Below are positions 28,769-40,418 of a stretch of 64,000 nucleotides of DNA, piece by piece (the first letter of the stretch is position 1; every line of letters starts with the position of its first letter). A program made the translations under genes and the position numbers. The DNA comes from Gonapodya sp. JEL0774 (taxonomy: Eukaryota): contig JADIIX010000085.1 in assembly GCA_027604505.1 (NCBI GenBank), forward strand, positions 1-64,000. Reading direction: 5' to 3'. The notes below the pieces were generated by a model. It had not been told where the DNA came from. It saw only the letters and a list, made by a program, of their open reading frames with translations, and made no database searches.

Positions 28769-30697
28769 TCAAAACCGCGCCACTGTCCTCGCAAAGCTTC
28801 CAACACCCCCGAGGACGAATTTAAAGCCCATGGTTTGCATCTCATCGAATCCACGGATTACTCTGTCCTTCGCCTCATCAATGGACAACTCATATGCGCT
28901 TAAGCCGACGGGATCTTCACCCTTCCTCCATGAGCTCCCTTTGACGGTGCCGTGTGTCTCGCTTATGGAGTAAAATGAAACTCCAGGTTTCGGAGAAGTC
29001 ACCACATGCGGATACGAGATTGGTTCGCAGTGTGTTGTCATCGCCAAAACAAAGTTTGCGATGCGATTGTACGACATGTGCGTCTCAGCAGAATCAGGGA
29101 ATGTCGCTTGAAATACGTGAAACTAACACATTGTGGAAAATGATACTCAGCAATTCAGAAGGTCGCAAAGTTAACTCGCGACGCAAAACAGGCTTACGTC
29201 ATCTTCGAAAACGTCGCACGTGTAAATCAACTTCGCCAAGTCTGCCTCAGCAAGTACGCCATCCTCTTTCATTTCACGCAATTCTTTATCCATCTTGATG
29301 CCAAATACGAATCCGTCATCCCGAAGTCTTTCAAGTCCGCCAACGATGTTCATCATTGGGGGCAACAAGGGCCTCGGTGCACATTTTGCAGGGGGTTTGA
29401 AGCTGCAGTAGACGGGTGCGATATACGGGTGTGTGATCATGATATCTGGGTAATAAGCATAAAGGCGATGCCCGGGTCGACAGCTCTTGGCAAAACTTCC
29501 AAATGGAATGGTATCTTCCACAAGCCAAGCGATGTTGTTCAGTGTTTGAAGATGTTTCGACGACCTCAGCAACGTACCAGTTTCGAAGTTAGTGAAATGG
29601 CTGGGAGAGCTACCTTCCGGATCCATTGGTGCACTGAACAGAATACAACAGGCAGGCATCGGCGCTATCGGGTGATCTCGGAGCCATTGAACTGTCGTCA
29701 GCGAGAGGTTGGCACCAGCAGAGTCACCGGCAAAAATAATGTTGTTTGCAGGGATGTGAAGGGTTCGGATAAGGTACACATAGCACGATACAACATCTTG
29801 CAGAGCTGCGGGGAAGGGGTACTGATAGGTCGGACGGGATGAGGATTAGAACCCGGTGCTTCAGAGCCACGGTAGTGCCTCTTAGGGGTCTTACCTCGGG
29901 AGAGAGTCGATAATCAATCGCTGGTGTGACAAGAGCAGCGTTACACTAGAGTTTAATCAATGAGGTTTACTGGTACAGTCGTACAAACTCACCAAGAACG
30001 ACAGCGTCCACTCGATCGACGAATTGGACAGACATACCACGGTTGCCTATAGCACTACCCATGGTGAAGCCTCCCCCATGTCTGTCCGGTGACGAGATGA
30101 GATTGTGTGGATTCAACCCGAACCGGTAAACAATCCAGAAAAATGGACATTGCGAGCGAAAACGGCAACCCACAGTACTATCACAACTCTCTTGCGGGCC
30201 CAAAAAGCTTCGCCATCCCTGTCCACGTCCTCCCTCTTCTTCACCCACTCCCCATGGACAAATCCACCCTCCTCGTTCTCTTCGCGCGACCAACCCAAAT
30301 CCGTCATGTTCAGGCCATCATCTGCTCCCAGTCGTGGAAATTTCGCCGGTGATGCGGAGATATGTGGCGGGGTTGATCGCTCAATGAGACGCGCGCGATC
30401 TGGTGAGTCGGCGATATCTCGCATAAAGGTTGCAGGGCGTGATTGGCTCAAGGTGAGAAGATAGCGAATAACATGGGCGACGACTAGAGTTGGTAGGTAG
30501 AAAAAGAAGCGCGAATGAGATTGTCTGACGTTCAAAGCGATTGCTTCCATATTCGAACAATATAACTCACTGTACTTCCGTAGTGGCCATTTCCTGGGAG
30601 CTGGTGGGGGTGGGCCGACGACACAGTATCGAAACACGAGGAAAATGGCGTAGAAAGCAATGCGCACGAAGACAATGATGACGGCAGCGGTGAACAT
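28769..30697 (-). CDS. Hormone-sensitive-lipase family alpha/beta hydrolase with N-terminal TM segment (multi-exon)
   Basis: HGGGF oxyanion motif, IDYRLSPE (26-nt exon 29895-29920), nucleophile FAGDSAGANL, GGLERLRDD and FEDD|FHVFQ with the catalytic His. Confidence 0.88.
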
Positions 30698-30948
30698 GTG
30701 TTGTGATCTCGGAGTTGCATCCTTATATCTGTGGGCGAAGCGAATGAGTGCTTAGGGGTCCACCACCAACGTTTTGCAACGACGTTTTGCAGAACTCAGG
30801 CTGAGTCTACAGTCAAAATGTTTCCAACAGCTTTTATCGTTGGCTTCTTTCAAATTTATTCATGGTATTAGATGCAAGCGAAACAGTACACGAACAGGGG
30901 GGAATATACACAATAATAAGTCTGCATTATTAAATTACTGTAAATTTG

Positions 30949-33900
30949 CTATTGAAGTTCGTCGTCATCTGAGAGGTCGATCCGATGACTTCCCAGCTGG
31001 GTCAAGATTGGAAGGAACGCAGCAGCTTCCGGGGGTCGGGGCAACTGTTGTGTGGTTTCCGAGGCGAATGGTAAGCTCCGTCTTCGGTCACCCACATTGA
31101 AAGGATTTGTGGAGGTTCCTTCCGTGGGAACTACTCCAACAGGGCCACTCATATGAGCAGCGATCGCCATTCCACCAGCACCTCCTGCAGCAATGCCCGC
31201 ACCCCCACCAGCTACAATAGCCGCCATCCCTGGAACTCCTAAGCCACCTGAGTAGCCGACTCCTGATGCAGCCACGGACGTCATGCCAGTGGCAGCGCCA
31301 GCAGTTTGTCCCACAGCGACAGAAGTTGGAGCTAGCACCCCGCCTGCTCCAGCACCCGCCGTAGATGTGATCCCAGTTGCAACGCCAGCCGTTGCTGCGC
31401 TTGTCTTGGTCATGACACCCGCCGCCACCCCGCCTGCTGTCGCAACCCCAGTGGCTGTGGTTGCAGAACTACCTCCGGTAGTGGCCATTCCCACAGCAGT
31501 AGCGGCTGCTGAACCAGCGGTTTGAGTCATTCCCACGCTGCTGCCACCAACCACACCTCCAGCGGTTGCTGCTCCCGATGTCGCGCCACCACTTGTACCA
31601 GCTACACCCCCGGCTGTTGCAGTTCCAAAACTGACAGCCCCCGCGCCAGCATCACCAGGTGGAAGTAGCGCAATCGCTTTGCCAAAGTAGCTGTGCGAGA
31701 GAGTTGATTCAGAATAACTGATGACAGAATATCGGGAATGGGGAGAACTCACCCAGCATTGTTCGCGGTATAACCTGCGACGGCTATTGCGACAGCACCA
31801 GCAACCGCAACACAAACTCCCACGATTAGACCAACGTTGGTAGGAGGACCCTGGTTGAGGTTAGCGGTGTCGGTTGACGACGAAGGATTCGGGGTAGTGC
31901 TTGCGGTTGCAACACTGGGGGGATTGGAATTGGTTGCTGGTGGAGCTGCGGTCAATAGCAACATCAAGGATCAGCACCGTCATCAACATGAATGTCAATC
32001 AGCAAGTCAATACCAACGAGAAGCAGCGCTTGCGGAAGCTGGAGCAGCAGACGCCGGTGTAGGGATAGGATCCGGGGGAGCAGACGCCGGAGGTACGACT
32101 GATGCAGGAGGTGCAGACGCAGGGGCCGATACTGGAGCCACTACGGAATTAGGAACTTCTGAAGCGACTGCAGCCGTCGAAGTTGGATTCTTTGATCAGG
32201 TTCAAAGCAATTTGCGGGTAATAGGTGCCAGCGCATTTCTTTACCTGTGATTACGGCGGGAGGAGCGACAAGAGACAAGGGTGCTTGTGTTGATACCAAA
32301 GGCGGGGCGACGGTGGTCACTGGCGGTTGAATTGTTGAGGGAGATAACGCGGCTGTCACCACGGCAGTGGTAGGAGCTAGGGTGGTTGACGGAACTGCGC
32401 TAGTTGTTTCTAGTGAGGAGGTAAGTTGAATACTCGTTGAGATTTCCAGAGTTGTGGATGGTGGCAACGTCGAGGATGTAATGGCGGTGGAAGACGATAT
32501 GATGGTTGTTGTGAACGCAGTTGTGGAGGACGTGGTTTCAGATGTTGTAGACAACGTTGTCGAAGTCTGTGTTTCTGAAGAGGTCGTGGAACTAATTTTG
32601 GAGAGAAAGGTGAACGTTGTAGAGTGCGCGGTTGGTTACTGCAAAGACGGCACTGCAATTGTTCTCACTCGCCTCAAAGTGAAAGAAGTAGTTGCGGTTG
32701 TAGATGGCGTTTCGGTGCTTGTGGACCTGGTGGTAGAGCTCGGCGTCTCCGTGGTTGTGGAGCTGGACACGGTTAAGATGTTTAGTTGGTGAGCAACTGG
32801 ACGCAGTGAACTCGAAAATCAATTTTCCTCACGATTGCGTGTATGAAGTTGTTGTGGACGGTGTGAAAGTCACTGTCGAAGTGGTGCTCGGGGTGTACGA
32901 AGTAGTGCTTTTGTTTTCGAGTCCACATTCGGCTGGGGTGTCGTCAAAGTTCGTGATTCAAGAGAGAGTATAGGTGACCCAGACAAGGAAATGATGTCAC
33001 ACTCGATTCGGAAAAAATGGGCACACAACCGTGGGGTAACATACATTCAATGCGTTGAAGAAATAAATCGCCACAAGCAATAACAGAAAAGGGGCAGATG
33101 GAGCAGGTGAAAAAGACATTGCCAAGACGGTGGGGGTTACAAATCCGCAGATGGAATTGAAAACGAAAAGAGTCAAATATAAGTGGAGCGGTGGTTGAAT
33201 TGTGGGACATACGTGGACGCAGTGGTCGAGGTCAGAGTCTCCGAAGAGGTTGTTTGGGTTGTCAGAGTCGAAGTCGTTTGGGAGGTCGTGGACAACGTGG
33301 TCGAGCTCCGCGTTTCCGAAGACGTTGTCGAGCTTCGTTTGGAGAGGACGTGTACGAGTTGTGTGATTGGTTGTTGAATGTTCGAGCAATGTGGTATTCA
33401 CCTCAAAGTGAAAGATGTGGTTGTGGTCGTCGATGGAGTCACTGTACTTGTAGACCTGGTGGTGGAACTCTGTGTCACCGAGGAGGTCGATTGCGTGGTC
33501 AGACTTGAAGTTGTTTTCGAAGTTGTGGACAGTGTGGTTGAAGTTGTTGTCTCCGAAGAGGTGGTGGACCTTGATCACGGAGATTGCATTTTGGGTCATG
33601 TTAAAGTTGCGAACGCTTCAAGGGAGCTTATCGTGAGCTAGCCTCACCTCAGGGTCGAAGAGGTGGTCATTGTTGTCGAAACTGTTTGTGTCCTCGTCGT
33701 GGATGGTCTGATGAATTTGGTGGTAAGGTACCCAACATGTAATGTAAACACACATTCCACTCACGTGGTTGTGATGGATTTGGTAGTAGTCCTCGTCGCG
33801 GTTGATGTTACTGTGAAAGTCGTCGACGTAGTGGCACTGGACATGTGGAAACTGTGAACGCTGGCGAAACCCAGAAGTAGAGCGCACAGTTCATACGTTC

Positions 33901-34923
33901 GGCAATCACCATCGTTGCCTAGTTCGGGGAATACGTTTTCGTCGGTGTCTTTCCACGTTTGTCTTCAATTTCATTGCCAGCTCACCTCGCTCCACTCCCA
34001 GACACAAGGCGCCCGGAGCGAGAATGTTACAGTAATACAGCTGGGAACCTCTTAAATCACAGTAGAGGAGGTTTGGTGACAGTGTGCCGTCGACTTTGCC
34101 ACGCAGCCGGTTGTTTCTGTCGAAACATTCTCTCTCAAATGAACGTCACCACCACCTACGAGTGAACAACTACTGAAAGCGTACCTCGCGGAGAAAAACC
34201 TGAGGCTCGGTGCAGAGAGAAATGCGTCTGGTATAGTATCGGAAAATTGACTCCCGTCGAGAAAAAGAGTGAGGAGGTTTGGTAGGAACGCGAGCTCTGT
34301 CGGTATCCGTTGAACAATGGACGTATCCCTGAGATTCGGACAGGACAGGGACCATCAGAGGGACGTCAAAGTGGACTCCGATGTACGGGGCAAGTCTCAC
34401 ATGAGCATGATAGTCTGCAATCCTTGCAGGTTCGACAAGTCTGGAACACTTGTCACGGGATTGCTCCTGAAAGTGGAAACCAAGTTTACCACGAAATCGA
34501 TCGCTGCAAACGTGATCGTTGCGTCCCACGTACGAAAGATCCAAATACACCAGTTGTGTAAGAGTATTGATTTCATTCGGAATCGGTCCACTGGCCAAGG
34601 AGAGCGAAGGTTTTTCAAGGTTTGTTCCATCCGCCCATCAAAGAAACCCCGAAAGTCGGTCGGGGACACAACACTCACGCAATGCCCAATCCCACCAGCT
34701 CCAATCTGGTGATCCTATTGTTGGTACATTGGACAACCTGTCGCCCACTGATGGAATACGAAGGGCAACAGACCCCGTTGGTGGTTGGTTTTGCCCCGTT
34801 GGTCAGCATGGTGTCCACCACGGCGCAATCCGCCTGGCCCTCCACGAGTCGACCGAGAAGGCAGAGACAGAGGAGGATCCAGATGAGTTTCGCGGTGCGG
34901 TCGGGGGCTCGCCGGGGATCCAT
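30949..34923 (-). CDS. Cell-surface LRR receptor-like protein: signal peptide, Cys cap, LRRs, Ser/Thr mucin stalk, TM, Gly/Ala/Thr-rich tail
   Basis: Signal LIWILLCLCLLGRLVEG; DCAVVD..VCC..VQCTNNRITRL; SGPIPNEINTLTQLVYLDLS; VPDLSNLQGLQTI; NNRLRGKVDGTLSPNLLYC; long S/T exons; TM VGLIVGVCVAVAGAVAIAVAGY. Joining of all exons into one gene is inferred. Confidence 0.75.
32530..33700 (-). repeat. Internal duplication of an exon+intron unit in the mucin stalk
   Basis: About 32550-32750 aligns with about 33290-33485 (e.g. ctcaaagtgaaaga.gt.gttg.ggt.gt.gatgg...gacctggtggt.ga.ctc in both); a third similar junction lies near 33650. Confidence 0.75.
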
Positions 34924-35601
34924 CGCATGGAGTTCTCTCTTGTTCGGTTCCGGGAAAAAAGGGTGTGTGGCAGGTAGTGAAGGAACACCCAAGACTGAGG
35001 TGACGGTGGCGGCAGGAAAGAACAAAGTAACAGCGGAACCTCTCCAACCAAGAGTTTCTTGTGTTGAATATTAGCTGGATTAATTTTGATTTCGCGTTCG
35101 CTAGGGGTTGTGGGGGCAAGAGCTCTCGACCTTTTTGCATCCCGTTTTGGAATACCTACTATAAGTTGTGCCATATCCATTGGCCGGCTTGTCTGGACTT
35201 GTCCACACACAAACAAAGAAACAAACATAATCCGAACTCGGCGCTCACTCGTTTCGACCGCAAAATAAGAACCAATTCAACGGCTCGGCAACGGAAAGCA
35301 AAGATGCACTTTACTCGTCATTCATGCACATCGATTCCAAAATAGGAGCTCGTGGTGGGATACATTCTTACACTGCACGTGCCGGCAACCAAAGGAGCTC
35401 GACCGAGACTATTACCGACCCCTCCTTCAACGCAATGGGTAACAACAGTCCTTAATTTCAAATGTACATTGATGAATGATATATACGATGACATCTCCAA
35501 AGCCCACGCGTCAACGGGACCACCAAGCCACAAAACACATATCCACACAAACAAACAAACAACGCGCAAACACCACCCGCCCCCATACGCCGGCCATCTC
35601 T

Positions 35602-37747
35602 TCACTCAAAGCCGATCCTATTCTCGAGATGTCCCTTGATGGCCCCTCCCACCGACTGAAGCTCAATGAGGAACGTGTCGTGGCCGAAAATGGAATCGAG
35701 CTCGTAGTATGTGACGTTCTTGTTGCCTGGGGACAAATTTGGGGCAAAGATGGTGGAGCGCACACGTCAGCCGAACGGAACTGAAACGACCCGCACACAA
35801 CTCAAACACACAGAACAGAATGAAAACAAAAATAATAGAGCACGGCCACATTTCCTAAAAAAAAAAAATTAAAAATTAAAACTCACCACCCTTTCTCAAA
35901 CACTCTGCAATCTCCCTCTGCTGCCACACTGGGAACAAAATGTCGCTCTGCACGCCCAGCACCAACACGGGGTGCCGGATAGCCTTGAGCCCCTCCACCA
36001 GATTGTCCGTGTCACGCACCGGATCGGTTTCTTCGTTCATGGACGCGGCAAACACCTCGGGGCTCGGCGACTCGCACTGGAAGCCAGATGTGGCGGGGGG
36101 AAGGCCTGTGGCAGACGACGCAGACGGAGCAGCGGGACCGGTCCCTGCACCCGCACCGACCTTGTTCGGGTCCACGGGGGGCGGGTGTGACATGTCGAAC
36201 AAGTCCATGGCTTTCGAAATGTAGAGCAGCGAGTTGGCGTCGTAGGTGAGACAGAACCTCTCCCCTTGGTGGTCCAGGTACGTCTCGACCAAAAAATCGG
36301 GGCACAATCCGACAGGCGCGGCGGGGTTGGCCCTCTTTCGGCCAAACCGCTTCTCCCACTCTGGTCCGGACCGGTACGTGATGGTTGCAATCTCCCGCGC
36401 CAGCTTCATGCCCACGTGAGGGGGAACGCCCTCGTAGTAGTGGCCGTTGGCGTAGTTGGGATCAGCCATGAGAACTTGGCGTTGTGTGTGGCGGACGGCG
36501 ATGGAGTAGGGGTGGGAGCGGGCGCAGGCGGATATGGAGATGAGGCGGGATACTCGGTGAGGGGCGTCGGCCGCAAGACAGAGCGACTGGTAGGGGATTT
36601 GGAATCATGAAGAAAAGAAGCGTTGTTGTTGTTGTTGCGTTTGTTTTTGTTTCGCAACGTCCAGCCGGGCTCTCCCTAAACGCACCTGCATACCACCCAT
36701 ACTGCTCCCCACACTAGCATGCAACTTGTCGATCCCCAAATAATCCAACAACCGCAGCTGCGCCCTCACAACATCGTGCACGGTAATGATGGGGAAATCC
36801 GACCCGTACCGTCTTCCCGTGGCCGGGTTCATTGAACTAGGGCCAGTTGATCCGTAGCAACCCCCGATGACGTTTGTGCAAATGACGAAAAACTTGTTCG
36901 TGTCGAGGGGTAAACCGGGTCCGATAAACTTCTCCCACCACCCGGGGTTACGGTTCCGATCGTGAGACTTGGCGTGTGATGATGCCGAGAGGCCCGTGTG
37001 CAAGAGGATGGCGTTTGATCTGTCGGCGTTCAAGTGGCCCCATGTCTCGTACGCGATGTCAAACTGCGGGAGCACGCCGCCGTGGACGAGGTTGAAGGGT
37101 TCCGACGAGTGGAAGACCGAGTAGCCCGAGACGATGCGGTCATATTGGGGTTCGGGACCCGAACCGCGGGGTTGGGGGAGAGACACGGAGGGGTTGGGGA
37201 TGGTGGTTGGGTTGGGGAGGGAGGGTTGGGGACGGGAGGGTTCAGGGAGGGCGACGGCGAACTGGGGGCCGTTGGGGCTGACAAAGGCTGCAAAGGTTGG
37301 TAGGTGGGAAGAATGTGGTCAGAGAGGGTGAACACAAACAAACAGGTGTAAACGCAGGCACCACCAGAGAGGAGGCACGCTCCAATGAGCAACGATTTTC
37401 CATCATCAAAAAATGCTGGTACCATGCGAGCCAAAACATGTAGCATTCACACAACGCTTCCTTGAGACGACGGTCCTGGCAATCCTCAGTTTCCACATGC
37501 ATTCCTCCCCGTTGGCCACGCACCACTCACATCGCTTCGAAACCCCGACTCCAGTATGGCTATCTCTGATTCTGAGCGCATAGTCTTTCGACTTCAAACA
37601 CGTTGATCTGGCCTGAGATGCGGCTGCTGCGGATGCCAAAGCATGCATGGGGCGGGACGAAGCCGGGAGCGAGGAGGCCGGCTGGTTGGCCGAGAGAAGA
37701 GCGGGAAGGCGGGCGAAAAAGGAACGTTGAGCGGGGGAGTAGGACAT
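35602..37747 (-). CDS. CYS2: Serine O-succinyl/acetyltransferase (MetX family, Cys2/CysA type), probably mitochondrial
   Basis: [16 protein letters not shown] (the TGLS type rather than the HALT type of homoserine enzymes), [58 protein letters not shown]-rich N-terminus. Confidence 0.85.
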
Positions 37748-38301
37748 GATTGAATAAGGCGTTGGACGGAGAGAATTGAGGGCAAGAGGGGTGACGGAAG
37801 CAAAGCCGGGTGCAATAATAGATGAGGAAAGAATTGGGAGCAAGGTGGCTGGGGTGGATTAGAAAGAAGGGAAGTGGGGGGGGGCAAGCGAGAGGGGCGA
37901 TTGGGCAGAGGCAGATGGAAGGAAGATGGAGTTGAGAATGTGGTTGAGTGGGGGAATGAGGCAGATGCGGAAGTCGCTTTCGAAACCGGACTCGGCTGTG
38001 GCCTCGCTCACTTATGGTGCAATTCTTCGTGGCACAGCCATCGTCCTTTTCTCTTCGTCTGTGGTCAACTCCGCACTCCCTCCAATGGAATCAAAACTCA
38101 TCAAGTCTGTGTATTCTTGAGATTCTCTAATTATAACCCAGCTGTTCATTTCATTATTCCTTTCTCTCAAATACATGAAAATTCTAAAATGAACCCGAAG
38201 TCCAGGAATCCTTATTGATTTGAAAGTGACGTACTGCACTGCCTTGGAAGAAGTCTCCCTTTCTCCATTGTCTCATGACAAACACTAGGACATATTCACA
38301 G

Positions 38302-40037
38302 TCATCTCAACCCCAACCCCAACCCCGCGTCCCCGCCCACCGCACTCATCAACGCCTCCTCCCCGATGTTGCCCCCACTCACGACCACCACCACCCTCTT
38401 CCCCCTGAACCACTCCACACTCATCGCCATCCCGCTCTCAAGCTCCCTCTTTGTCCCGTTCGTCCCGTCCGTCCCGTCCGCCCCTACCCCGCACACCCTC
38501 TCTACATCGCTCACGAACCCGGCCACCCCACACGCCCCCGCGCCCTCCACCACCTTTCCGGCCCTCTCCACGCCCCACTTCATGGCCCTTTTGATCTCGA
38601 TCTCGCTCACCTCCACCCACCTGTCCACCACCGCGCGGCACACGTGAAACGTCACCGCGTCGTCCTCCACACCGCCACACGACCCGTCAGCCAGCGTAGC
38701 CAAGTTGGGACACCGCGGGTCTCCTTCGGGTATCACGTGGCCAGCAAGAACGGACCGGTGCATGAATGGGCTGGCCGATGGTTGCACTCCCACCACCACA
38801 CACGTTTGTGGTGGGCGCGGGCGCCTCGTGCGTTCACTCTCGCCACCTTGCGTCTCCACAGCGACAGCGTCACCGTGATACTTGAGAAACGCCCCCATGC
38901 CAGCCAGCAACCCTCCGCCTCCAACCACCGAGTACAACACGTCCGGAAGCACCGTCCCCCTGCCGGCCCAGCTCCCACCGCCCCTGTCCCCGCTCTTTTC
39001 ATCATCCCCACTCCCACTCTCATCACTCTCGGTCCCATCTTCAACTCCTCCACCGAGCTGCTCCACAATCTCCGCAGCGCACGTTCCCTGCCCCGCGACC
39101 ACGTCCAGATCGTTGTACGGCGGGACGTACACCCTGCCGGTCTCTTTCGCGATCTGCCGAGCCCTTGCCTCGGCGTACACCACGTCCGACCCGTGGAGGA
39201 TGAGCTCAAAGGGGGGGGGTAAACCATCTTCGGCGTCAGGACTCGGTCGCTCTTGGAGATAAAGCTTCAAGTTGGCAAGCTTGGTGGAGGAGACGGTCTC
39301 GGGAAGAACGGTGGTGTTTCCCGTGAGTCCGAGCAGGTGGAAAACGTGGGCACACGCCCTGCCTGCCTGGGCCGGAGAAATAAAAGACATGTTCAAACGG
39401 TCTTGTCTTGATGCTACCGCCGTTTCCAGCCAGCGCAGCGCTCTCTCCATCATCATTTCCCCTCTCACCACACGCGCTATTTTTCCTTCCAACTCTCAGC
39501 TCACCGTGGTTTCCAGAACTGCTCGTGACGAATCCGGATCCGGATCCTGATTGCGCGGGGTTGTTGGTGGTGCCGGTCGGGCCATCGGCACCAGCTCCAC
39601 GCTTTTCGACCTCCCCGAGGATCTTGTTGGCAGCACCACGGATCTTGAACGACCCTACATATGTACGACGGCACACACACATACACATATCAATCATCTC
39701 CCCTGCATGCCCCGCAGCTCCCTGCCCTCTCCCCTCTCCCCCGGGCCCCACCTGTCCTCTGCTCCGTCTCCCACTTGCACCACACCTCCAGGTCCCTCCA
39801 GTCGCCCGCGACCTGGCCCGCCGTCCTCATGTCCTCCCACTTTGCCCGAAGCAGACTGTTGGCCCACACGGTGAGGGTGCTGTCGAGGGACAGGGGAGTC
39901 ACCAGGGTGTGGGCGGCGATGCGGGTGCGGGCTGCGAGAGTGAGTGCGTGGAGAATGGGGATGAGGTGGGAAGGGGAGTGGGTGTGGTGGGTGTTGGTGT
40001 GGGATGGGAGCGGTGTGGGGGATGTGTCTGGGGGCAT
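38302..40037 (-). CDS. PLP-dependent Ser/Thr dehydratase / serine racemase-like enzyme (fold type II, no regulatory domain)
   Basis: KWETEQRT|GSFKIRGA, TSSSGNH, PPYNDLDVVAGQGT, VGGGGLLAG, TLADG, VEGAGA, VVSGGNI. Confidence 0.88.
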
Positions 40038-40122
40038 TTTGATGTGCTGTTTTAGAATGGGGTTTGTTGGGAAATGAAATGAAATCTTTGTGTTGCTGCG
40101 GTGGGGTTGTCTCCTTTTCCGT

Positions 40123-40130
40123 CCACGTGC
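40123..40130 (-). promoter_or_regulatory. GCACGTGG E-box in the divergent promoter upstream of the PhoD-like gene
   Basis: CCACGTGC on the + strand, about 290 bp before ATG 40419; same core and flanks as the VTC4 site. Confidence 0.35.
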
Positions 40131-40418
40131 CCTGTCAATCCATGGCCTCAGCTCAGTCCTTGATGCGTTCGGCTCTTCCCCTCCACAACCCGCAAATCCA
40201 CAGGGATTTCTCCAATCTCCACTCACCAAAAGGCCGCTGGTTCTAATCCTCTCTTGCGCCTTTTTGTCAAGTTTTTTTCCCCTTCCTCCGCTCTTCCTTA
40301 ACTCCCGAGGTTCAGCCACCCCCCCCGTCCAACACCCAAACCACCGACAGGACACGCCCCGTTTTTTCCGGCCTTTCTTCCCCCCCTTTGTCTCCATCTC
40401 CCCATCCCCATCTCACCC

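Noticed and set aside
35857..35868. Poly-A run as a retroelement tail
   Set aside because: It is a T-tract inside an intron of the minus-strand CYS2 gene; no target-site duplication or RT sequence is present.
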